Below, piece by piece: positions 46,838-56,754 of a DNA stretch of 64,000 bases (positions within the stretch are counted from its first letter, which is position 1; each line of letters starts with the position of its first letter). Source of the stretch: an uncultured Candidatus Binatia bacterium (lineage in GTDB: Bacteria > Desulfobacterota > Binatia > UBA9968 > JAJDTQ01); NCBI GenBank assembly GCA_964291295.2, contig OZ219754.1, forward strand, positions 1,344,001 through 1,408,000, given 5' to 3'. The notes under the pieces are model-generated. The model saw only the letters and a list, made by a program, of their open reading frames with translations. It was not told where the DNA came from and did not search any database. The position numbers and the translations under genes are program-made.

Positions 46838-46859
46838 GCGAACCGGATCGGGTGCATTG

Positions 46860-47222
46860 ATGGTGACCAACAGGAAAGTTCTGAACCGCAAGCGGCGGCA
46901 GCGAAGCGTGCGGAAGCGAATCACCGGCAGCGACGCCTGTCCCCGGCTTTGCGTGTACCGCAGTTCCAGACATATCTACGCGCAGGTCATTTCCGACGAG
47001 CGCGGGGTGACCCTGCTGAGCGCATCGACGCTGTCCAGGGAGGCCGCCGGCTCCGAGGGAGACAGGGGGGTCGAGGCGGCCCGGCAGGTGGGTCTGCGGA
47101 TCGCGAAGTTGTGCGAGGCGGAACATATCTCCCGGGTGGTGTTCGACAGAAACGGCTTTCTCTTTCACGGACGGGTCAAGGCGCTGGCGGAGGCTGCGCG
47201 GGAGGCCGGCCTCGTCTTCTGA
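46860..47222 (+). CDS. rplR: 50S ribosomal protein L18
   Basis: [15 protein letters not shown] and [26 protein letters not shown]. Confidence 0.97.
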   Translation: MVTNRKVLNRKRRQRSVRKRITGSDACPRLCVYRSSRHIYAQVISDERGVTLLSASTLSREAAGSEGDRGVEAARQVGLRIAKLCEAEHISRVVFDRNGFLFHGRVKALAEAAREAGLVF

Positions 47223-47235
47223 ATCGGGGGTTTTC

Positions 47236-47733
47236 TTGGAAAAGGTCGATCCGCAGGGCTTGGAGCTCAAGGAGAAGGTCATCCACATCAGCCGGGTGGC
47301 AAAGGTGGTGAAGGGTGGACGGCGTTTCAGTTTCAACGCGCTGGTGGTGGTGGGTGACGAGGCTTCCGTGGTCGGATACGGATTGGGCAAGGCCAACGAG
47401 GTGCCCGAGGCGATCCGCAAGGGGGTCGAGCATGCCAAGAAGACACTGCTGCGGGTGCCGCTGGTGGACGACAGTATCCCTTACGAGGTCACGGGTCGTT
47501 TCGGCGCCGGGCATGTCCTGCTCAAGCCCGCGGCGCCCGGGACGGGTGTCATCGCCGGTGCCGGCGTGAGAGCCGTGGTGGAAGCGGCCGGTATTCCCAA
47601 TGTCCTCAGCAAGTGCATCGGCTCCAACAATCCGCACAACCTCGTCAAGGCCACCTTCGAGGCTCTCAGGAGCCTCAAGTCTCCCCAGGAGGTGTCGGAT
47701 CTCAGGGGCAAGCCGCTGGCGGAGATTCGGTAA
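47236..47733 (+). CDS. rpsE: 30S ribosomal protein S5
   Basis: [26 protein letters not shown] and GTGVIAG. TTG start. Confidence 0.97.
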   Translation: MEKVDPQGLELKEKVIHISRVAKVVKGGRRFSFNALVVVGDEASVVGYGLGKANEVPEAIRKGVEHAKKTLLRVPLVDDSIPYEVTGRFGAGHVLLKPAAPGTGVIAGAGVRAVVEAAGIPNVLSKCIGSNNPHNLVKATFEALRSLKSPQEVSDLRGKPLAEIR

Positions 47734-47744
47734 GGAACGATTTG

Positions 47745-48188
47745 ATGGATCTGCGTGAATTGCGTCCCGCAAGCGGGAACAAACGTTCCAGGAAGCGTGT
47801 GGGCCGGGGCATGGGTTCCGGGAACGGCAAGACGTCGGGCCGCGGACACAAGGGGCAGGGGGCCCGCTCCGGGGGCGGGGTGCGGCCCGGTTTCGAGGGT
47901 GGGCAGATGCCGCTGACGCGGCGGGTGCCCAAGCGGGGCTTTCGCAATCCTTCCCGGGTCGCCTTCACGCCGGTGAATCTGGACCGCCTGGAGCGGTTCG
48001 AGGCGGGCCGGGAAATCTCGCCGGAATTGTTGCGGGAGGCGGGATTGGCCGGCAACGGGCCGGTGAAGATACTGGGGCGCGGGGAGTTGGACAGGCCGCT
48101 CACGGTAAAGGCCCACGGTTTCTCCCGCAGTGCGCGGGAGAAGATCGAGGCGGCGGGAGGCCGGGCCGAAGTCCTTGAACATGCTTGA
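47745..48188 (+). CDS. rplO: 50S ribosomal protein L15
   Basis: [29 protein letters not shown] and VKILGRG. Confidence 0.97.
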   Translation: MDLRELRPASGNKRSRKRVGRGMGSGNGKTSGRGHKGQGARSGGGVRPGFEGGQMPLTRRVPKRGFRNPSRVAFTPVNLDRLERFEAGREISPELLREAGLAGNGPVKILGRGELDRPLTVKAHGFSRSAREKIEAAGGRAEVLEHA

Positions 48189-49491
48189 GGGTTTTCAGAG
48201 CGCTGGCCGCATTCCCGAGTTGAGGCGACGCATCCTGTTCACCTTGGGGATGCTGGCCGTCTATCGCGTCGGCGTCGCCATCCCGACTCCGGGCATCGAC
48301 CGTGACGGGCTGGCGGCCTTCTTCGCCCAGGTCGAGGGTACGATCTTCGGGCTGTTCAATCTGTTTTCGGGTGGCGCGCTGGAGCAGTTCTCGGTGTTCT
48401 CGTTGGGCATCATGCCCTATATCAGCGCCTCCATCATCCTGCAGCTTCTGACGGTGGTCTTTCCCTACCTGGAACGACTGTCGAAGGAAGGAGACGTCGG
48501 ACGCAAGAAGATCACGCAATACACGCGCTACGGCACCATCGTGCTCTCGGTCATCCAGGGCACGATGATCAGTTTCGGCCTCGAAGGGACCCGGGGACCC
48601 AACGGCGAGGCCATCGTGCTGGAGCCCGGCTGGAATTTCCGCGTGATGACGGTCCTGACGCTGACCTCGGGAACGGCGTTCATCATGTGGCTGGGCGAGC
48701 AGATCACCGAAAGGGGCATCGGCAACGGCATCTCCCTGATCATATTCGCTGGCATCGTCGCGGCGCTGCCGTCCGCGGTGACCTCGACGTTCCAGTTCGT
48801 TCGCGAAGGCGAGCTCAGCATTTTCTTCGCGGTGCTGCTCATCCTGTTCGTGGTGCTGGTGGTGGGCGTCATCATCTTCATGGAACGGGGGCAGCGGCGG
48901 ATACCGGTGCAGTATGCCAAGCGTGTCGTGGGCCGCAGGACGTACGGCGGACAAACGTCGCATCTGCCGCTCAAGATCAACACCGCCGGCGTGATTCCCG
49001 TGATCTTCGCGTCGTCCGTGCTCATCTTCCCCGCCACCGTGGCGCAATTCGTCCAGAACCCCTGGGCCCAGGCGCTGGCCGGCTCCATGGCGCCGGGGCG
49101 CTGGCTGCACGACATGCTGTACGTCGGGATGATCATGTTCTTTTGCTACTTCTACACCGCCATTGTCTTCAATCCGGTGGACGTGGCCGAGAACATGCGC
49201 AAGTACGGCGGATACGTGCCGGGTATTCGCCCGGGCAAGAGGACGGCGGAGTTCATCGACAGGGTGTTGTCGCGGATCACCCTCGGGGGCGCCATCTATC
49301 TCTCCCTGGTGGCGCTGTTGCCGACGATACTGATCTCGCAGTTCAACGTTCCGTTCTTTTTCGGGGGGACCGCGCTGCTGATTGTCGTGGGGGTGGCGCT
49401 GGATACGGTGTCACAGATGGAGACCCACATGATCTCGAGGAACTACGAGGGGTTCATGAAACGCGGGCGCATTCGCGGCCGGAGAGGTTGA
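48181..49491 (+). CDS. secY: Preprotein translocase subunit SecY
   Basis: [35 protein letters not shown] and GGTALLIVV. Confidence 0.98.
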   Translation: MLEGFQSAGRIPELRRRILFTLGMLAVYRVGVAIPTPGIDRDGLAAFFAQVEGTIFGLFNLFSGGALEQFSVFSLGIMPYISASIILQLLTVVFPYLERLSKEGDVGRKKITQYTRYGTIVLSVIQGTMISFGLEGTRGPNGEAIVLEPGWNFRVMTVLTLTSGTAFIMWLGEQITERGIGNGISLIIFAGIVAALPSAVTSTFQFVREGELSIFFAVLLILFVVLVVGVIIFMERGQRRIPVQYAKRVVGRRTYGGQTSHLPLKINTAGVIPVIFASSVLIFPATVAQFVQNPWAQALAGSMAPGRWLHDMLYVGMIMFFCYFYTAIVFNPVDVAENMRKYGGYVPGIRPGKRTAEFIDRVLSRITLGGAIYLSLVALLPTILISQFNVPFFFGGTALLIVVGVALDTVSQMETHMISRNYEGFMKRGRIRGRRG

Positions 49492-49563
49492 GGAACGCGG
49501 GGCGACCCGTTCGGCCTCGGACGACGCGCGCCGGTTCGTATTTGTGAACAGGGTCATCCGCAC

Positions 49564-50322
49564 ATGATTTATCTCAAGTCCCGAGACGAGATCGATACCA
49601 TGCGCCGTGCCAGCGCCATTGTCGCGGAGGTGCTGCAGGGGCTGAGGGAGACGGTGAAACCCGGCGTGACGACCCTGGAGCTGGATGCGCTGGCCGAGCG
49701 GTGGGCCGGCGAGAAGGGGGCAAAGCCGGCCTTCAAGGGCTATGCCGTTGCCGGCCGGGTCTTCAGGCACAGCCTGTGCACGTCCATCAACGAGGAGATC
49801 GTCCACGGCATTCCTTCCGATCGGGTGCTCAAGGAGGGTGACATCCTGGGGATGGACTTCGGGGTGGTGTACGAGGGTTTCTACGGCGACTCGGCCGTGA
49901 CGGTGGGGGTCGGCCGCGTGAGTCCCGAGGCCGAGCGTCTCATGCAGGTGACGGAGGTTGCCCTGAGCGAGGGCATCAAGGTGCTGCGGGAGGGCAACCG
50001 GATGGGGGACCTGGGCAGCACCATCCAGGGTATCGCGGAAGGATCGGGTTATTCAGTGGTGCGGGAGTTCGTGGGGCATGGTATTGGCAGGAAGCTTCAC
50101 GAGGAGCCTCCGGTTCCCAACTATGGCGACGCCGGCAAGGGCTGCCGGCTGCGGACGGGGATGGTCCTGGCCGTCGAACCCATGGTCAACGCGGGGAAGA
50201 GGGAGGTCAGGATACTGGAGGATGGCTGGACAGCCGTGACCCGGGATCGAAGCCTTGCGGCCCACTTCGAGCACTCCATCGCCATCACGGGGGACGGGCC
50301 GTATGTATTGAGTCGGCTGTAG
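49564..50322 (+). CDS. map: Methionine aminopeptidase, type I
   Basis: CTSINEEIVHGIP, GHGIG...HEEP, AVEPM and AHFEH metal ligands. Confidence 0.97.
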   Translation: MIYLKSRDEIDTMRRASAIVAEVLQGLRETVKPGVTTLELDALAERWAGEKGAKPAFKGYAVAGRVFRHSLCTSINEEIVHGIPSDRVLKEGDILGMDFGVVYEGFYGDSAVTVGVGRVSPEAERLMQVTEVALSEGIKVLREGNRMGDLGSTIQGIAEGSGYSVVREFVGHGIGRKLHEEPPVPNYGDAGKGCRLRTGMVLAVEPMVNAGKREVRILEDGWTAVTRDRSLAAHFEHSIAITGDGPYVLSRL

Positions 50323-50358
50323 GGTTCGTCCCGCGGCCTTCCGGAACGAGGTCTGGAA

Positions 50359-50472
50359 GTGAAAGTAAGAGCATCCGTCAAGAAGATATGCAACAAGTGC
50401 AAGGTCGTTCGCAGGAAGGGAGTCGTGCGGGTCATCTGCGCCACTCGCAGGCACGCCCAGCGGCAGGGGTGA
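50359..50472 (+). CDS. rpmJ: 50S ribosomal protein L36 (C+ form)
   Basis: Below the track cut-off. GTG start gives [37 protein letters not shown]. Confidence 0.96.
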   Translation: MKVRASVKKICNKCKVVRRKGVVRVICATRRHAQRQG

Positions 50473-50497
50473 CGCGCATACCCGGAGGGAGTGATTC

Positions 50498-50881
50498 ATG
50501 GCACGCATTGCGGGGGTAGACCTGCCCAGGCACAAGAGCATGGAGATTGCTCTGACCTATATCTACGGTATCGGCGCGACCACGTCCCGGAACATTCTGA
50601 GGGAGGCCGCCATTCCGTTCGAGTTGAAGTCCGACGACCTGTCCGACGACCAGGTGGTGGTGATACGGCGGATCATCGACCAGGAGGTGAAGGTGGAGGG
50701 TGACCTGCGCCGTGACGTCACCATGGACATCAAGCGCCACATGGAGATTGGATCCTATCGGGGACTGAGACATCGGCGCGGGCTGCCGGTCCGGGGACAA
50801 CGGACCCATACCAACGGCCGCACCCGGATGGGGCCCAGAAGGGCCATCGCCGGAAAGAAGAAGCCGCCGTCCAAGGGGTAG
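50498..50881 (+). CDS. rpsM: 30S ribosomal protein S13
   Basis: [16 protein letters not shown] and [12 protein letters not shown]. Confidence 0.98.
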   Translation: MARIAGVDLPRHKSMEIALTYIYGIGATTSRNILREAAIPFELKSDDLSDDQVVVIRRIIDQEVKVEGDLRRDVTMDIKRHMEIGSYRGLRHRRGLPVRGQRTHTNGRTRMGPRRAIAGKKKPPSKG

Positions 50882-50908
50882 CGGGCGGAAACCGGAACAG
50901 GAGCATCC

Positions 50909-51319
50909 ATGGCCCAGGCTGCGAAGAAAGTGCGTGACGCGAGGGCGCCGAGAAAACGGCGTGGACGCAAGAACATCGCGGAGGGGGTGGCGCATATTCA
51001 CTCCACCTTCAACAACACGATCATCACGATATCGGACACGCAGGGCAACGTGGTGGCGTGGTCGAGTGCCGGCGCCATCGGTTTCAAGGGGTCCCGCAAG
51101 GGTACGCCCTTCGCGGCCCAGCAGGCGGCGGACAATGTGGCGCGGAAGGCCATGGAGCATGGCATGCACTCGATACAGGTCTACGTGCGCGGCCCCGGCT
51201 CGGCCAGGGAGTCGGCCTTGAGGTCCCTTCAGTCGGCGGGACTCCATATCAGCCTGATCAAGGACGTGACACCCATTCCCCATAACGGCTGCCGGCCTCC
51301 CAAGCGAAGGCGGGTGTGA
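50909..51319 (+). CDS. rpsK: 30S ribosomal protein S11
   Basis: [19 protein letters not shown] and [18 protein letters not shown]. Confidence 0.98.
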   Translation: MAQAAKKVRDARAPRKRRGRKNIAEGVAHIHSTFNNTIITISDTQGNVVAWSSAGAIGFKGSRKGTPFAAQQAADNVARKAMEHGMHSIQVYVRGPGSARESALRSLQSAGLHISLIKDVTPIPHNGCRPPKRRRV

Positions 51320-51332
51320 GAGGAGATCGTCA

Positions 51333-51959
51333 GTGGCAAGGTATCATGGTCCGGTGTGCCGGCTGTGCCGGCGAGAGAACCTCAAGCTGTTTCTCAAGGG
51401 AGAACGTTGTTACACGGACAAGTGCGCCATCGAGCGGCGCAACTATCCGCCCGGGCAACACGGCCAGAGACGCATGAAGTTCTCCGAGTACAGCCTTCAG
51501 CTCAGGGAGAAACAGAAGGTCAAGCGCATGTACGGACTGCTCGAGAAGCAGTTCCGGGGCAGCTTCGAGACCGCGGAGAAATCCCGCGGGATCACCGGCG
51601 AGAACCTGCTGGTGATACTGGAGAGAAGACTCGACAACATCGTCTACCGCCTCGGGTTCGCCTGCTCGAGGGGGGACGCGCGCCTTCTGGTGCGCCACGG
51701 CCACGTGCGGGTGAACGGCCGGCGGGTGACCATTCCCTCGTTTCGCGTGGGGGTGGGGGATGTCGTGGCGGTGGCGGAAAAGAGCCGGAAGTCGGAGCGG
51801 GTCATGGCCGCCATGGAGGGAGCCCAGAGGCGCGGCGTACCCGACTGGATGGAGGTCGATCCGGAGAACGGCTCCGGCACCGTCAAGGTTCTGCCGAGCC
51901 GGAGCGACATCACGACGCCCATCAACGAGAAGCTCATCGTCGAGTTGTATTCCAAGTAA
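51333..51959 (+). CDS. rpsD: 30S ribosomal protein S4 (zinc-binding N-terminus)
   Basis: CRLCRRE...C...C, PPGQHG, LREKQK, LERRLDN and IVELYSK. Confidence 0.98.
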   Translation: MARYHGPVCRLCRRENLKLFLKGERCYTDKCAIERRNYPPGQHGQRRMKFSEYSLQLREKQKVKRMYGLLEKQFRGSFETAEKSRGITGENLLVILERRLDNIVYRLGFACSRGDARLLVRHGHVRVNGRRVTIPSFRVGVGDVVAVAEKSRKSERVMAAMEGAQRRGVPDWMEVDPENGSGTVKVLPSRSDITTPINEKLIVELYSK

Positions 51960-52024
51960 ACCCGTGGCCATCCCGCACATGCCGGGACGTGACAGGCCAC
52001 TCGCGAACCCGTGTTGGAGATCCC

Positions 52025-53047
52025 ATGCACGAGCATTGGAGCGAACTGATCAAGCCGGACGCCATAGAGGTGGACGAGAAGAGTCTCACGGCCACCTATG
52101 GCAAGTTCGTCGGTGAACCTTTCGAGAGGGGATTCGGCCAGACCATCGGCAACAGTCTTCGGCGCATCCTGCTCTCCTCGCTCAGAGGCGCGGCCATCAC
52201 TTCCGTCCAGATCGACGGCGCGCTGCACGAATTTTCCACCCTTCAGGGTGCCACCGAGGACGTCACCGACATCATCCTGAACCTGAAGGAAGTGCGGCCC
52301 AAGCTGCACGGTTCGGAACGGGAGGTCATCCGCATCGAGGCCGCCGGTCCGAAGGAAGTGCTGGCAGGAGACATCATCCAGAGTCCCCAGGTGGAGATTC
52401 TCAATCCGGAGCACCACATCGCCTCCCTCTCGAAGGAAGGGCGGCTCAACGCCACGTTGGTGGTGCGCATGGGACAGGGATATGTGCCGGCGGAACGCAA
52501 CCGCGAAGAGGAGCTGCCGGTGGATACGATCTTCATGGATGCGGTATTCTCGCCCATCCGCAAGGTCAACTTCACCGTGACCAACGCACGTGTCGGCCAG
52601 CGCACGGACTACGACCGCCTCGTGCTCGAAGTGTGGACTGACGGCAGCCTGCCGCCCGAGGATGCGTTGGCCCATGCGGCGCGCATCCTGCAGGATCAGG
52701 TCGCCATCTTCATCACTTTCGAGGAAGGTCCGAAGCTGGGCGAGAACGACTCCGAGCGTCACGCCGGGCTGCTGAACGAGAATCTCTTCCGCGAGGTGGA
52801 TGATCTGGACTTCTCCGTCAGGGCACAGAATTGCCTCCAGAACGCCAATCTCAAGTACGTCGGCGAGTTGGTGCAAAAGACCGAGCGGGAGATGCTCGAA
52901 ACCAAGAACTTCGGACGGAAATCCCTTAACGAGATCAAGGAGCAGCTTGGCGGGTTGGGATTGGAGCTGGGCATGAAGCTGGAGCATTTCCCCAGCCGGG
53001 AGGAGCTCGAGGGCGGCAAACAGCCCGACCGGAAGGAGACGGCGTAG
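52025..53047 (+). CDS. rpoA: DNA-directed RNA polymerase subunit alpha
   Basis: EPFERGFGQTIGNSLRRILLSS, RVGQRTDYDRL and CTD NFGRKSL. Start is ATG 52025 (GGAGA upstream). Confidence 0.98.
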   Translation: MHEHWSELIKPDAIEVDEKSLTATYGKFVGEPFERGFGQTIGNSLRRILLSSLRGAAITSVQIDGALHEFSTLQGATEDVTDIILNLKEVRPKLHGSEREVIRIEAAGPKEVLAGDIIQSPQVEILNPEHHIASLSKEGRLNATLVVRMGQGYVPAERNREEELPVDTIFMDAVFSPIRKVNFTVTNARVGQRTDYDRLVLEVWTDGSLPPEDALAHAARILQDQVAIFITFEEGPKLGENDSERHAGLLNENLFREVDDLDFSVRAQNCLQNANLKYVGELVQKTEREMLETKNFGRKSLNEIKEQLGGLGLELGMKLEHFPSREELEGGKQPDRKETA

Positions 53048-53050
53048 TCC

Positions 53051-53461
53051 ATGCGACACCTGAAAAAAGGCAGAAAGCTGAACCGCAGTCCGAGCCACCG
53101 CCATGCCATGTTCCGGAACATGGCCACCGCGCTCCTGCGCCACGACCGTATCACCACCACCGATGCAAAGGCCAAGGAACTGCGGCACTGGACGGACTGG
53201 CTGATCACGCTTGGCAAGGACGGCAGCCTGCACGCCCGCAGACGCGCCTTGGCCTTCGTCCAGGACAAGGCCGTGGTGGCGCGGCTGTTCCGCGAACTCG
53301 GGCCGCGCTTCCAGGATCGTCACGGCGGATATACCCGGATCGTCAAGGTCGGCCGCCGGCGGGGAGATTCGGCGCCGCTTTCCATCATCGAGTTGATTCC
53401 GGCAGAGGCCGGCGCACCGGACGATACCGCAAGCGAGACCACCTCGGCCACCGGGACCTAG
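53051..53461 (+). CDS. rplQ: 50S ribosomal protein L17
   Basis: [24 protein letters not shown] and GGYTRI. Confidence 0.98.
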   Translation: MRHLKKGRKLNRSPSHRHAMFRNMATALLRHDRITTTDAKAKELRHWTDWLITLGKDGSLHARRRALAFVQDKAVVARLFRELGPRFQDRHGGYTRIVKVGRRRGDSAPLSIIELIPAEAGAPDDTASETTSATGT

Positions 53462-53476
53462 CAGCCAGTCCGGTTC

Positions 53477-54007
53477 ATGGCCAACCACCGACAGGCCACG
53501 GATGGCGGCAGGCTCTCTTTCAGTCGCCGCCAGTTGTTCAGCGTCGCCTTCCTTTTCGTCACCGCGTCGGTCGTCGTCTTCCTTCTCGGAATCCTGATCG
53601 GGCAGAGTATCGAGGAGCGCAAGCTGGTGCGCCGGCCCGAACCGGCGGTCCATGTCCCGGTGACGTCCGGTGCGCCGGCCGCCGACCAGGAGATGACGTT
53701 CTATGACACCTTGACCAAGCCCGAACCTGCCCCGCCGCGTGCCGAACCTGCCGCCGCCAGGGCCGCCGGCGAGGAGACGCGCTGGACCGTGCAGGTCGCC
53801 GCCATCCGCAGCCGCACCACCGCCGAGGAAATGGTGTCCGAGCTCAAGAAGCGTGGCTACAAGGCGTACGTGACCTCCGGTACACTGAACCGGACGACGT
53901 TCTACCGGGTACGCGTGGGCTCCCACGGAACCCGCCGGGGCGCCATGGCCGACCTCCAGCGACTCAAGGCCGCAAACTACAAGAACGCCATGATCACGAG
54001 GAACTGA
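53477..54007 (+). CDS. SPOR-domain membrane-anchored protein (DedD/FtsN-like architecture)
   Basis: N-terminal TM segment, MTFYDTL, a Pro/Ala linker, and C-terminal WTVQVAA...YRVRVG SPOR-like repeats. Confidence 0.8.
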   Translation: MANHRQATDGGRLSFSRRQLFSVAFLFVTASVVVFLLGILIGQSIEERKLVRRPEPAVHVPVTSGAPAADQEMTFYDTLTKPEPAPPRAEPAAARAAGEETRWTVQVAAIRSRTTAEEMVSELKKRGYKAYVTSGTLNRTTFYRVRVGSHGTRRGAMADLQRLKAANYKNAMITRN

Positions 54008-55023
54008 TGACGATCCAGCAGGCGATTGCCCAACTGGTGGCCGGTGCGAATCTCACGGAACCGCAGATGGTGGACGTGATGCACCAGGTCATGACCGGTG
54101 AGGCCACGCCCATCCAGGTGGGCGCGTTCCTGACCGCGCTGCGGATCCAGGGGGAGACGGTGGAGGAGGTGACCGGCGCGGCCCGGGTCATGCGGGAAAA
54201 GGCGCTGCACGTCGACGCCGGCGAGGGTTGCGTGCTCGATACCTGCGGCACTGGCGGCGACGGGAAGAACACGTTCAACATCTCCACCACGGTTGCCTTC
54301 GTGGTCGCGGCTGCGGGCGTGACCGTGGCCAAGCACGGCAATCGAGCCGTCTCCAGCGGCTCGGGCAGCGCGGACGTGCTGGCCGCCCTCGGCGTGAAGG
54401 TCGACGTGTCCAGGGAGACCGTGGAACGTTGCCTGCGCGAGGTGGGCATCGGCTTCCTGTTTGCGCCGGCGTTGCACGGCGCCATGAAGTATGCGGCGGC
54501 GCCCCGCCGGGAGGTGGGCATCCGGACCCTTTTCAACCTCCTGGGCCCTTTGACCAACCCGGCGGGGGCGACGCACCAGCTCATCGGGATTTACGACGGC
54601 GCGCTCATCGAGACGGTGGCGCAGGTTCTCGGGAATCTCGGAAGTGAGCGGGCCATGGTGGTCCACGGCGAGGAAGGCCTTGATGAAATCTCCCTCGGCG
54701 GCCCCACCGCGGTGGCCGAATGGAAGGACGGAGCCGTCGCCCGCTACACCCTGGATCCCGAGGAGTTCGGCTTCGAGAAGTGCGCCGCGACGCGATTCAC
54801 GGCCACGGGTCCGGAGGAATGCGCCGCTATCGTGACCGCGGTGCTGAAGGGAGAACCGGGTCCGGCCCGGGACGTGGTGTTGCTCAACAGCGGCGCGGCT
54901 CTCTGCGTGAGCGAACGGGCCGCCACCGTGGCCGACGGCATCAACCTGGCACGGGAGCGAATCGATGCGGGGGCCGCGCTGGAGAAGCTGCAACACTTGG
55001 CGCGGGTCACCTGCCAAGCCTAG
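54007..55023 (+). CDS. trpD: Anthranilate phosphoribosyltransferase
   Basis: DTCGTGGDG, FNISTT, KHGNRAVSS...GSADVL, RTLFNLLGPLTNP and GLDE motifs. Confidence 0.97.
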   Translation: MTIQQAIAQLVAGANLTEPQMVDVMHQVMTGEATPIQVGAFLTALRIQGETVEEVTGAARVMREKALHVDAGEGCVLDTCGTGGDGKNTFNISTTVAFVVAAAGVTVAKHGNRAVSSGSGSADVLAALGVKVDVSRETVERCLREVGIGFLFAPALHGAMKYAAAPRREVGIRTLFNLLGPLTNPAGATHQLIGIYDGALIETVAQVLGNLGSERAMVVHGEEGLDEISLGGPTAVAEWKDGAVARYTLDPEEFGFEKCAATRFTATGPEECAAIVTAVLKGEPGPARDVVLLNSGAALCVSERAATVADGINLARERIDAGAALEKLQHLARVTCQA

Positions 55024-55193
55024 GAGCCTGTGCCGCAGAGAGTTTTCGTGGGACAGAGATCCACCAGAGTCCCACTTGGCGCCCAATTCATGTCCGATAA
55101 TGGGACAAGGCTACACGTTTCTGGCATTTTGGAGGAGAATCCGGCCATGCTCTCCCACCGGTCACATCCCGAAGCGTCCTGCGGCACAGGCTC
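55024..55193. mobile_element. Miniature inverted-repeat transposable element (MITE), 170 bp, non-autonomous
   Basis: Perfect 15-bp terminal inverted repeats GAGCCTGTGCCGCAG (55024-55038) and CTGCGGCACAGGCTC (55179-55193). Flanked by CTAG (55020-55023) and GTAG (55194-55197). The interior looks less GC-rich than the flanks and has no transposase. Confidence 0.75.
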
Positions 55194-55226
55194 GTAGGTG
55201 CGGGGCCGGGGGCTGGCGAGGACGCG

Positions 55227-55310
55227 CCGAACCATACGCCTGACGACACCCCGAACGACGCACGGAACAACGCACGGAACAACGCATCGAACAATGCGCG
55301 GAACGATACA
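55227..55310. repeat. Degenerate tandem repeat, 7 x 12 nt, directly upstream of trpC
   Basis: ccgaaccatacg / cctgacgacacc / ccgaacgacgca / cggaacaacgca / cggaacaacgca / tcgaacaatgcg / cggaacgataca, then ccg-ATG. Confidence 0.8.
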
Positions 55311-55313
55311 CCG

Positions 55314-56144
55314 ATGGTGAAGGATGCCACCCCGCCGGCGACCCACGACATCCTGGAACGGATCGTGGCGCACGTGCGCGCCGAGACCGTTTCCCGGCGC
55401 CGGGCGCACCCGCTGGAGTCGTTGAAGGAGCGCCCGCTCTACCATCGAGAGCGCCGCGGCTTCCTCGCGGCGCTGTCCCGGCCCGGTCGCCATGTCATCG
55501 CCGAGGTGAAACGGGCGTCGCCCTCCAGGGGCATGATCCGCCAGGACTTCGAACCCGTCGCCATTGCGTCGCGTTACGCGGCCAACGGCGCCACGGCGCT
55601 GTCGGTGGTCACGGAAGAGCGCTTCTTCAGCGGCTCCCTCCACCATCTGTCCGATATCGCGGCGGCGGTGTCACGGCCGCTCCTGAGAAAGGACTTCGTG
55701 CTGGATTCCTACCATCTGGTGGAGGCGCGCAGTTTCGGCGCCGATGCGGTCCTGCTGATCGCCGCGATCCTGGATGGGCGCGAGCTGGAAACGCTCCACG
55801 CCGAAGCGCACTCCCTTTCGCTGGATGTCCTGGTGGAGGTACACTCGGAACGCGAACTGGAGACCGCCCTGGGCCTGGGCGCATCCATGATCGGGATCAA
55901 TAATCGCAACCTGCGCACGTTCCAGGTGGACCTCGGCGTCGCGGAGGCGCTGCTGCCGCGAATCCCGGCCGGCGTGCTGGCCGTGTGCGAGAGCGGCATC
56001 CGGGACGCCGCGCAGGTGGAGCGGCTCGAGGCATCCGGGGCGCGGGCCTTTCTGGTGGGCGAGACCCTCATGCGTGCCGCGGACCCGGGCGCCAGGCTGG
56101 CCGAGCTGCTCGGCGCGAGTGCGGCAGCCCATGGTCAAGGTTAA
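55314..56144 (+). CDS. trpC: Indole-3-glycerol phosphate synthase
   Basis: VIAEVKRASPSRG, LSVVTE, LLRKDF, GINNRNL, ESGI and FLVGETLM. Confidence 0.97.
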   Translation: MVKDATPPATHDILERIVAHVRAETVSRRRAHPLESLKERPLYHRERRGFLAALSRPGRHVIAEVKRASPSRGMIRQDFEPVAIASRYAANGATALSVVTEERFFSGSLHHLSDIAAAVSRPLLRKDFVLDSYHLVEARSFGADAVLLIAAILDGRELETLHAEAHSLSLDVLVEVHSERELETALGLGASMIGINNRNLRTFQVDLGVAEALLPRIPAGVLAVCESGIRDAAQVERLEASGARAFLVGETLMRAADPGARLAELLGASAAAHGQG

Positions 56145-56754
56145 GATCTGCGGCGTCACCCACGCCGAGGATGCGTTGAAGGCGGTGGAGTACGGCGCCG
56201 ACGCCCTGGGGTTCAACTTCTATCCGCCGAGCCCGCGCTACATCCTGCCCGGGAAGGCCGCCGCCATACTCCGGGAACTGCCTCCGGGAGTCTGCACGGC
56301 CGGTCTGTTCGTCAACGAATCGCGCCGCGGCGTGACATCGGTGCTGCGCACCTGCCGGTCCCCGGACGGCACGGGTCTGACCGCGGTCCAGTTCCATGGT
56401 GACGAGGAACGCGGTTTCTGCCGCGGCTGGCCGCTCAAGGTCATCAAGGCGTTCCGCGTCCGGGACCAGGAGACCCTCCGCACGATCGGGGAGTATCCCG
56501 CGGACTACTACCTGCTGGACTCCTGGAGCCGGGGTTTCGGCGGCTCCGGGTCCGCTTTCACCTGGAGTTGGCTGAGGGAGCCGCTGGCGCGCCCGGTGAT
56601 CCTGGCGGGCGGTCTCGGCACCGGCAATGTCCGCGAGGCGGTGCGGGTGACAAGACCCTTCGGGGTGGATGTCTGCTCCGGCGTCGAGGCGGCCCCGGGC
56701 CGCAAGGACTACCGGCGCATGAAGGACTTCATCGCCGCGGCCAAGGCGGCATGA
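56131..56754 (+). CDS. trpF: Phosphoribosylanthranilate isomerase
   Basis: VKICGVT, GADALGFNF...SPR, QFHGDE, ILAGGL and GVDVCSGVE. Confidence 0.96.
   Translation: MVKVKICGVTHAEDALKAVEYGADALGFNFYPPSPRYILPGKAAAILRELPPGVCTAGLFVNESRRGVTSVLRTCRSPDGTGLTAVQFHGDEERGFCRGWPLKVIKAFRVRDQETLRTIGEYPADYYLLDSWSRGFGGSGSAFTWSWLREPLARPVILAGGLGTGNVREAVRVTRPFGVDVCSGVEAAPGRKDYRRMKDFIAAAKAA

Noticed and set aside
55147-55197. 16-codon ORF with a Shine-Dalgarno sequence between trpD and trpC, considered as a trp leader peptide
   Set aside because: MLSHRSHPEASCGTGS has no Trp codons, no terminator/antiterminator pair follows, and it lies inside the MITE.
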